DNA from: Epithemia pelagica
Taxonomy: Eukaryota; Protista; Bacillariophyta
Length of the DNA: 64,000 nucleotides
NCBI GenBank assembly: GCA_946965045.2
Contig: OX337228.1
Location: forward strand, 4,836,001 to 4,900,000
Reading direction: 5' to 3'
This document shows, one piece after another, positions 56,026 to 64,000 of this stretch. The notes under the pieces were generated by a model. It saw only the letters and a list, made by a program, of their open reading frames with translations, was not told the origin of the DNA and did not search any database. Numbering within the stretch: the first letter of the stretch is position 1; each line of letters opens with the position of its first letter. The position numbers and the translations under genes were made by a program.

Positions 56026-57825
56026 TCAGGGTAGGTACAAGCCGAGACTGGTTTGGGGTCCACCACCGTTAGCGGGTGATGGGTAAGAGCCATGAATAGA
56101 ATGTTGTTGACGGGATTGTTCGTCACGTTGTGTAGGAGGCCATCGCGAAGGCGGATGGGGTTGTTGATTGGATGGGAATTGCTGATGGACAGCCTGAACA
56201 TCGCTCGTCACAGTATTTGGCTCAAGAGTAAGATTTTCCATCAAATTCGACGGAACGGTGCGACAAACTTCGTTTTGAAAGTTTCCCTGATACCAACCAC
56301 TGGTAGACTGAGAGCGGGATCCAGCGATGAATGATCCTTCATCTTCACTGTATGCTTCAGCAGATGTCTCTTCTTGAGTATCAAGCATATTAAGCAACGC
56401 AGACGTCATCATTGTGAAACCTTCGTCGCCGTTAGGACCACCCCTCGACTGACGTTGTCGAATGCCACTGTTGGCGGCCATGGGAGGACGACCACTGGCT
56501 GCTTGGTGAGCCCCCAAGGCGGCATTGCCTGGATTTTCCGATGGACCCTGATTGGAATAGTTAGTGTTTCTGGCGGTTTGCATGTCAAATGAAGATGATC
56601 GACCTCTCCATTGAGCCGCTCGTGCCCCTGAAGGCGGAGTACTCTCGCCATAATAATCCCCGGCACTTCCCAGAGAAACCGAGTGTGCACGCATTGCAAT
56701 ATTACCATCGGAGTTGCTATTAGTAATGTTGTTGATTGGCATCGATGGACGACTTTTGTCAAACGCATTCAGAGACCCTACGCTCCCATTCTTACGTGCT
56801 CTGGTCCAGAGAGCTGCTGTGGCGACATCGTTACCTGAGAGTTCCATTCCAGAGCTAGCAGTATCAAAACTGCTGGCAATACTAGATGCAGAGCTACCTT
56901 GCTCGGTCATGACAGTCGAGCCGGAAAATACTGGAGCAACTCCCAGAACCCCATGCGAAACTTGTTGTTGTTGTGAAGCCATAGAGTCGCCTCCGGGGCT
57001 AACATATGATACTGGCTTGTACGATGTCTGTGCTTGGATTGAGTGATCAAGACCAACAAATGAAACAGGTCCACCGCCTTCCGATGCTACGACTATGTGA
57101 CTGGGCGGATGACCCGATCCAGCTTGATGCGCAGCGTAAGGTATTCTCTTTGGGCCAGAAGAGGAGTACATATCGCTCTGTGAATTGCGTGGATGCCGCG
57201 GGTGTCTTGGTTGCGGTGAAGGATTGGCGTAGGCATGAACTGGATGATGATACCGGCAAGTTGCCCCGTACTTACATCGGCCATTTTTTAAGAAATAAAT
57301 GCAGTCTGGTTCTTCTGGTCGTTGAGGTAGGAACTGAACCATCATTTGTGTAACATCTGTTCTTGGTGGTCCCACTGCTACCAGCTGAGGAGTCGGTTCC
57401 ATCATTTTCCGGCCTGGGGCAACAGTCAGTAAGACTGGAGAGGCTCCAACCGGAAGCGCGGTTGCCGGTACATAGTGTTGCTGTTGCGCTGATGATGGTG
57501 GGTGATGAAACTTGCATGCCTGACCAAATTTGCATGTTCCATGTTTGAGAAAGTACTGACAAATTGGCTCATTAGGCCGAATAGGGAACATTGGTTCAGT
57601 GGGGTTTAGTGGGGTTTTCATGCCACCTCCACTTTGGACATTGGGAGGGTGTCGATATTTGCAGGAAGCACCATATTTACATCTTCCCGTTCGCAGGTAG
57701 TCACGACAATCCTCTACTGGGGCCTCCTTGCTGGCGTTGCTATCAGCGCTCGTTGAATTCGGGTTTGCGCGACTCCCTGCGGCAGAATACTGTTGATGGG
57801 GTACTGGGATATTGCCTGCAGACAT
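56026..57825 (-). CDS. CCCH (C-x8-C-x5-C-x3-H) zinc-finger RNA-binding protein with three fingers
   Basis: CRDYLRTGRCKYGASCKYRH, CQYFLKHGTCKFGQACKFHH and CIYFLKNGRCKYGATCRYHH, followed by a low-complexity C-terminus. Possible 5'UTR intron around 57841-57923. Confidence 0.92.
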   Translation of the reverse strand: MSAGNIPVPHQQYSAAGSRANPNSTSADSNASKEAPVEDCRDYLRTGRCKYGASCKYRHPPNVQSGGGMKTPLNPTEPMFPIRPNEPICQYFLKHGTCKFGQACKFHHPPSSAQQQHYVPATALPVGASPVLLTVAPGRKMMEPTPQLVAVGPPRTDVTQMMVQFLPQRPEEPDCIYFLKNGRCKYGATCRYHHPVHAYANPSPQPRHPRHPRNSQSDMYSSSGPKRIPYAAHQAGSGHPPSHIVVASEGGGPVSFVGLDHSIQAQTSYKPVSYVSPGGDSMASQQQQVSHGVLGVAPVFSGSTVMTEQGSSASSIASSFDTASSGMELSGNDVATAALWTRARKNGSVGSLNAFDKSRPSMPINNITNSNSDGNIAMRAHSVSLGSAGDYYGESTPPSGARAAQWRGRSSSFDMQTARNTNYSNQGPSENPGNAALGAHQAASGRPPMAANSGIRQRQSRGGPNGDEGFTMMTSALLNMLDTQEETSAEAYSEDEGSFIAGSRSQSTSGWYQGNFQNEVCRTVPSNLMENLTLEPNTVTSDVQAVHQQFPSNQQPHPPSRWPPTQRDEQSRQQHSIHGSYPSPANGGGPQTSLGLYLP

Positions 57826-59854
57826 TTTCGATTCTCGATCCTCAATAAGAACAAGGCCAACAGCTTAGCTCTTCTCCAATGCTTCAGAACTAGTGGTTGC
57901 CGAGGTTCAGCCACACCACTTACGAAAGCAGGGTAGCACGCTCAGTTGGCCAAGAAAGAGGAAGATTCAATAAAAACAAGAATGATTCGAATGCTCGATT
58001 TTCCATTCCTTTTCACCTCCTTCGTCCGAAATTGTGACCTTTACGAAGCAAATTGACTACTACGTACTACGTATCGTTGAGGCTTTCAGACCACCGATAT
58101 GGTCAGATCAACCTCTCTTTCTCTGCAGCACGTTCGCTCAATGACAGACTGAACCTGTCCTTGATAAGAGCCTAAACTTCCAATGTCGCGGTTTTAGGTG
58201 TCGATGTCCATAGGCGCAAGCGCAAAGCTGGGAGAGGAAAAACAGAAAGAAGCGAACAGAAACAACACCCCAAACACGAAACATAGCTACTTCCACGATG
58301 TGCTGAATCAGCATGGACAGAACTGATCAGCACACGTGTTTCCACAACCAGAAATCTACTAGCTAGCTAGTAGATTTGAACGTGATTCTTGAAAACCTGT
58401 GTACTAATCTACCTGTCTAGTTCTAGAGTAGCTAGAGGGTATGTGATTTTTCGCCATGTAGTATCTGTATGGGGAATAATACTAATCAGCAGGATTCTAC
58501 TAGCTAGAGAGTGTAAGTAATGACATGGAAAGTTAAAACTAATAGCTTATACTACTTGAGAACTTCATTCTAACAAGAAGTCTCTACTAGTAGAGCTAGA
58601 ACAAAAAGCCGTGCCCTGGCTACTGGACACGCATCATGCACGGTGTAAGTTGCATGCTCGCTCGCATAGAAACGTCATTTTCATGTTTCTGCGAAAGTTG
58701 CAAGCTATTTATGGGCTATAATCTGCGCATCTGTATATTCTGTATAAACTCATCGTTGACTCGAAACAGACAGTAGACAGTCCCACGAACTCATTCGAAC
58801 AACGTGGCAATTATGGTTTGCGTTAGAGGATGAGCGCGTAAACGTTGGGGGCAATAGTCACTCAACGAATCCAGAAGCATCATCTCGAATCTCCTTTCGC
58901 AAAGGTTAAAGGGCGTCTGCCCAAACAGGAATGTGGTGAGTGTTAGGTTTTAGAGGCTGTACCAAAGCCTCAGCAGACAGAGAGCAAAGAGGACAATCAG
59001 GAGTCACCAACTACGTAGCCAGTTCCTCACGGGTCAAGGAAAAGGCCAACAACTACTAGGCGAGTAGGTAGGACACAAAGAGATGTGATGAATGGTGAGA
59101 TTTTAGATTGTGAGCTTTATTCTAGATTTGTATGTCTTTCCCCATGGCTGTCTTTGCTGCCACATTAGGTTATTATCCCCAGTACTGGGTACAGAGATCC
59201 TACGTGCATTTCTTCCCAAATGTACTAAGGCTACGAGGATCTACTGGGTCATATCTCTAATGTACCGTGGCTACGTATCCTGTACGTATCCTTGGATGAT
59301 TGTCCATTTCCCAATGACCACAGGTTCTCACATGTATCTTTGATTCTCACATGTAAGCCAATGTTGGTAGTCCCGTCATGGTCAATGGCGCCAATCTCGT
59401 CTTCTATAGCATACCTAGAGAACTAGTTATGATAGTTCGAGTTTTGTCTACGGTGTGTTAAGTGAATCAACCACAAGAAGGTGTACTCCTTATCGAGACG
59501 ACTCGATCGGATACCTATAACTTGTGCGATCCTTCTTGCTTTCATGAGTCTTGATTGGTACGAAACATCGATGATGATGATGCCACCTCTTGTCAATCGC
59601 AGCTCGAAGATTCATCCAGACCTGCACGCCTCTTTCATAATATATTCAATCGACATGGATCAACGCAGTTGCGAAATACGATTGCGGAGCTAGGGTCCAC
59701 ATTTGTTTCCTCTCGTAAAAAAAGTGGTCGAGGACTGCGAATTGATAGAACAAAGGGAACGATCAAAAACAAATGAACGATCCATAGTCCCTGGAGGCAA
59801 ACGATGTCTCTAAGACCACATGATGGTGATGCTCATGAGGCGCCCTTCCCGGTG

Positions 59855-61740
59855 TTACTTCGTGGACACCTCCCCACCTGCGGCAAGGGCAAGGCATAGT
59901 TTCGAGTAGATAATAGTTGCTCCGTCTGCCCATTGCACAGCAAAACCGTATCTGCCCTTCCTCGACACACTCACCGGTGTCAAGCTTGGGGATGTTTTCG
60001 ATTTCCCGGTCGAATGGTTCACTTCCACACTATCGTTGTTAACTGGTTCGATTTTGTCGAGGAAGGGAGAATCGACGATTGAGTCTCCGGTTTTCGGATC
60101 CCGCGAACGAAGAGCTGCAGGGTGTAATTTTTGTTGAATGGCCCCGGCAGACGAGAAAAAGCGTAAAACCATACAAGCAGGTGTTGTTGCTTTATCGATA
60201 CTCAGTTGAACAGTAGATACCAAAAAATCTTCAGAGGGCTTGTTTGGAAATCTTAGATACTCCTGAGCCTCTGTATCTCCGTACTGCACTCGCAAAAGTT
60301 CCCGCGACACAGAATTTGCAAGCAGATGAAAAGACTCAAGCTCTTCAGTTGCGCAGTCGGGCCTTCCAAGACAAAGTGGTTCACCTGACTCTGTTGCAGC
60401 GTTTGCCTCTGGAGAAATAGGTAACTGAAATATTTGAAAAGAATTTGTATCTGTCAAACTGCTGAGAGACCCCTTACCAAATGGATGATGCTTTGTCCCT
60501 CCTTCACACTGCAACCACAAATTTCGAGATTAGCCGGAAATCAAACGGACAAAAAAAATCACTTAGCGCAAGAAAAACTTACGACAAAATATGACATGTT
60601 TTCAACGACCGCCAGCGTGGGAACTCCCAAGGATGTGAACATCTCAATCCCCTTCCGAGTGTCAGCTATTGCCAATTTTGAAGGTGTGGTCACGGCGACA
60701 GCGCCGCTCAGCGACAGATCTTGGCAGACAGCAAGCTGCACATCACCTGTCCCAGGAGGGAGGTCCAGTACCAACACGTCAAGTTCGCCCCAATCTGTAC
60801 CCTTCAACAACTGAGCGACAACCTTTACTACCAAAGGACCTCTCATGATTGCTGCACCGTTATCTGCCCCACTACCCTGTACCCCAGAGTTTGAATTGAC
60901 AAAACCAAGCGATAGCAGTCGAACGTCTTCGTGTTCAAGAGGATACACCATTCCTGACCCTTTCGGTGATCGTCTCACAGTTTTATCCACTGGATGGACC
61001 AATATAGGTAAGGACGGGCCATACAAGTCCAGATCAAGTAGGCCGACTCGACCGCCCATTCGAGAGAGTTCATATGCCAGGTTAACGGCCACTGTCGATT
61101 TCCCAACACCGCCCTTGCAACTGTAAACAGCAACAACATGGGCTACATTTTCCAGTCCCGGTCCCAATTCTTTGAGCAGTTCATCAGGATTTTCTACAAA
61201 TCGGGACATGAGAGGAGTAGGAGACACTGCTACAGCTTCGACGTTCACTTCACTCAGTATAGCTTCATTCGATAGTGCATTCATGTTGTCTTTTCTCCAC
61301 TTGTTTAATATATTTTCCGCTTCAGCGGTCACTAAACCTTTCAGAGTTTCCAGCTCTGGGTGAAGCAGACTGGGTAGGCGTAGAAGAAGTTCCACAGTTC
61401 TTCCATCCTCCGACACTGCAACACATCGTGAATTCAACCACCCAAGAGATGCGAGGTCCCTGTTCAGAACCGGATCTTTCACTCTGCGACCCAAATGAAC
61501 CTTGAGGGTATCTTCCATATCCGCGATCTGGCGCTTTGATAACGTGTGCAACAATCGGTTCGTGGACCGATTTTGGAACCTTGTTTGTCCCCTACGCCAA
61601 TCTTTGGGATCACGGGAAATAGTTGAAAGAGTTCTGTTAGATGAAAAGCGTCTGGGAGTATAATGGAATCGATGCATTTTCAAACCCAAGCGAAGAGGTA
61701 TTTGGCAACATCGGAGAGCTGGAGTTAAGCAGAACGACAT
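59855..61740 (-). CDS. HCF101: HCF101-like Fe-S scaffold (DUF59/MIP18 + Mrp/NBP35 P-loop ATPase + DUF971) (exons 61740-60583, 60508-59855; ~603 aa)
   Basis: VKDPVLNRDLASLGW, VYSCKGGVGKSTVAVNLA, MRGP, LDLPPGTGDVQL, VVENMSYF|CEGG..PFGKG, and C-terminal GRYGFAVQWADG. The leader is R/S-rich. Confidence 0.9.
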
Positions 61741-62097
61741 GTTGGCTTTCAACTCTATCAATGGAATATTGTTCCTGTCTATTGACTGGATGACTAACAA
61801 TTCTGACAAGGTCAAGATCTCATGCTTGTGACGTCATAGAGGAAGAGCGACAGGCAACAGTCGCTCGCCTAATTCACTGCCCACATTGCAGCAAGGTACG
61901 TATTTTGACGTCTCGTTGAAGAACGTCTCAAGTGTGGGTGAGAAGGGCGAGGTGCGGGGAGGAGAAAGATACATGCGAACCGAAGGAACACAAAGAATTG
62001 TCGCATTAGATCCACAATGGGTATGAGTTGATATCGAACTTCCTCTACTCGGAGAACAATCGAACAAGATCTTCGACAAAATCCAACCACGAGCACC

Positions 62098-62748
62098 ATG
62101 GTTCCATTTTCGTTAGCACTTTTGTCGGCTGCATTTGCTCCTTTGGTCTCTTCATTTGCTGTGAATAGTCGCATTCAAGTGAAAGATGAGCGATCGACTT
62201 CCCGGCCTGCTTCCTTTGAGAACGAAATTGGAGTGACGGCACCCTTGGGATTTTTTGATCCTCTTGGCTTGCTGAATGACGCAGAGTTGGAACGATTCAA
62301 TCGCTTGCGTTATGTGGAACTCAAGCATGGTCGTATATCAATGTTGGCTGTTCTTGGACACATTGTGACGACTGGTGGGGTGAGACTACCAGGAGACATC
62401 GACTTATCTGGGACTTCGTTTGAATCCATCCCACCTGGTCTGGGTGCTTTGACCAAGATCCCTGCAGCGGGATTGGCACAAATCATTGCCTTCATCGGTT
62501 TCTTGGAGCTTGCTGTGATGAAAGATATAACTGGAGGAGAGTTTGTTGGGGACTTTCGAAACGAGGCCATTGACTTTGGTTGGGATGTCTTTACGCCGGA
62601 AGAGCAAGAACGAAAACGAACGATTGAGTTGAATCAGGGACGGGCCGCCATGATGGGAATTCTTGCATTGATGGTTCACGAGCAACTACCTTCGCATGAT
62701 CCATACGTGATCAATGGTCTTCTTGGCTATCCTATTGGCTTTTCATGA
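62098..62748 (+). CDS. lhcf: Fucoxanthin-chlorophyll a/c binding protein (Lhcf family)
   Basis: FENEIGVTAPLGFFDPLGL, RLRYVELKHGRISMLA, IELNQGRAAMMGIL. Signal peptide ending VSS|FAV. Confidence 0.96.
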   Translation: MVPFSLALLSAAFAPLVSSFAVNSRIQVKDERSTSRPASFENEIGVTAPLGFFDPLGLLNDAELERFNRLRYVELKHGRISMLAVLGHIVTTGGVRLPGDIDLSGTSFESIPPGLGALTKIPAAGLAQIIAFIGFLELAVMKDITGGEFVGDFRNEAIDFGWDVFTPEEQERKRTIELNQGRAAMMGILALMVHEQLPSHDPYVINGLLGYPIGFS

Positions 62749-63302
62749 GAATGAGACTTTCATTCCATTCGCAGGTTATAACTCTGGCTACCTAGGTTTA
62801 TAAGTGAATTTTTCTGTAACGAATATGCCACGGGGAATTGGAGTTGTTTGATCTGTATCATGAATCATAACAGAGATGTTGTAATAGGTAGCAGTAGTTG
62901 GTAGTAGCTCTATGCCAAAGGCGAGTTCGAAAATGATGGGATATGGGAAACTCCATTGAGAGATCAGTTCAAAATGGGTAGATCCGAGAATCATTTCTAC
63001 AGGGTAGGAAGAGGGCGTCTACTTGTAACCTTACGAGCACTTTTGAGGCTCACCCACGACACTGACACTCATTGCCCCATGTTTTTGAGGCTACACGAAG
63101 TTTCGTGTGAAGCTAAAAATGCGGTGATCCATGGCATACAAGTACCATAGCTCAGTCTTGCGTGATACACCCAGAATCGTTCTTGGAGGAAGACTCAGAT
63201 AGAACACATCGACGGCCAGACCAAAATCCTGCGTGAATTTTACGAGTTACGAGATCAAGCACAAGAGACTTGAGACAATAAGCAAGTGGAGTCCGCATTA
63301 CC

Positions 63303-64000
63303 ATGGATACATCAGAAACAAATACGGAAAAAGAAAAAATAGAGCAGCCCGCTCCCGATAAAAAGGACGTTGATGGACTTGCGTCGGGAGATGCCTACGA
63401 AGAAAACAAGTCCACGTCCATTGCCAAAAAGACGTCACAAACAAGAGAGTCACACGATGAAGCCTTTTGGTACAAGCTCTGTGAGCGATACAAACAATAC
63501 CAGGAAGATAATCCACAGAAGAATTGTTCTCAGAGGTCTTTCCTGAAATCGAAAGAGGCGCTGGAAGTAACTGGAGCCCCTCGAGAATGTCGAAGTTTTT
63601 CTCGCTATTGGAAAAGATTTGAACAAGGAGAACTGAACCCTACAAGTAGACGAAGGCGAAGGAGAGCCGTTGGTTATGTTGAAATTGAGGAGCGTTTATC
63701 TACTTATCTCCTTCTTCGTTCGATGATTTTTATTCGAGGCGATGTAAATGGAGCTACTTGGGCCAAACTGAAACAAAAATGTGTTAAATGGGGAGCAAAG
63801 GAATTGAAAGAACTTCAGTCTCGAGAGGAAAGTAATGAAGTTTCCCAGACCGATGTTGATTCTGTCTCAGACAAAAAGGAGATTGAGAACACAGACGGAA
63901 AGCCAAGTGATGATAAAACGGAGAAAAAATATAGCGACTTTCGTGCCTCTCCGGGATGGCTTCACAAGGTTCTGAAGCGGAACAACATAGAAGTAAGTAG
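63303..64000 (+). CDS. CENP-B/Tc5-type HTH protein, partial (runs off the right edge)
   Basis: Open frame from ATG 63303 to the edge: FWYKLCERY..QRSFLKS..RSFSRYWKRF, GYVEIEERLSTYL, TWAKLKQKC, and FRASPGWLHKVLKRNNI (F.AS.GWL signature). Possible donor GTAAGT at ~63993. Confidence 0.7.
   Translation, partial: MDTSETNTEKEKIEQPAPDKKDVDGLASGDAYEENKSTSIAKKTSQTRESHDEAFWYKLCERYKQYQEDNPQKNCSQRSFLKSKEALEVTGAPRECRSFSRYWKRFEQGELNPTSRRRRRRAVGYVEIEERLSTYLLLRSMIFIRGDVNGATWAKLKQKCVKWGAKELKELQSREESNEVSQTDVDSVSDKKEIENTDGKPSDDKTEKKYSDFRASPGWLHKVLKRNNIEVS

Noticed and set aside
57850-59850. 2-kb intergenic region as a hidden gene or structured RNA
   Set aside because: Only ORFs under 80 aa without motifs and small direct repeats (TTCTCACATGTA x2). 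No tRNA, SRP or U3 signature; best read as UTR/regulatory DNA.
1-64000. Prokaryotic systems (CRISPR arrays, operons, defence islands) and LTR retrotransposons
   Set aside because: Intron-containing eukaryotic genes throughout; no regularly spaced repeats and no RT/integrase/gag motifs were seen.

Overview
Gene-dense eukaryotic nuclear DNA from a diatom. The evidence is an Lhcf-type fucoxanthin-chlorophyll protein, bipartite signal+F/W plastid presequences and short GT-AG introns; the species cannot be assigned from sequence alone. I call about 28 protein-coding genes, most of them housekeeping: BRWD/PHIP-like, TPX2-like, CKS1, gamma-CA-like, NDR kinase, syntaxin, DOHH, METTL5, GCFC2/PAXBP1-like, plastid RRF, HCF101-like, Lhcf and a CCCH zinc-finger protein. 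Three are absent from the ORF track: a minus-strand gene running off the left edge, a 3-exon CKS1, and a CENP-B-type HTH ORF running off the right edge. No tRNA, rRNA or CRISPR features were recognised. The most unusual items are: (1) a small mitochondrial protein joining an intact lipoyl domain to a KGD4/MRPS36-type E3-adaptor module with no E2 catalytic domain; (2) a MATH-ankyrin-coiled-coil protein ending in a PCIF1/CAPAM-like m6A methyltransferase domain whose NPPF motif has become LLPF; (3) an uninterrupted 1110-aa DDE-type transposase ORF flanked by four copies of an 11-bp motif; (4) a giant plastid-targeted HAD-like protein with five tandem cap modules and no catalytic Asp; (5) a protein with three copies of an unnamed CxxC...HxxxC domain; (6) an NDR kinase with Asp at its hydrophobic-motif phospho-Thr position. 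All family calls are from motif recognition by eye, not database searches.
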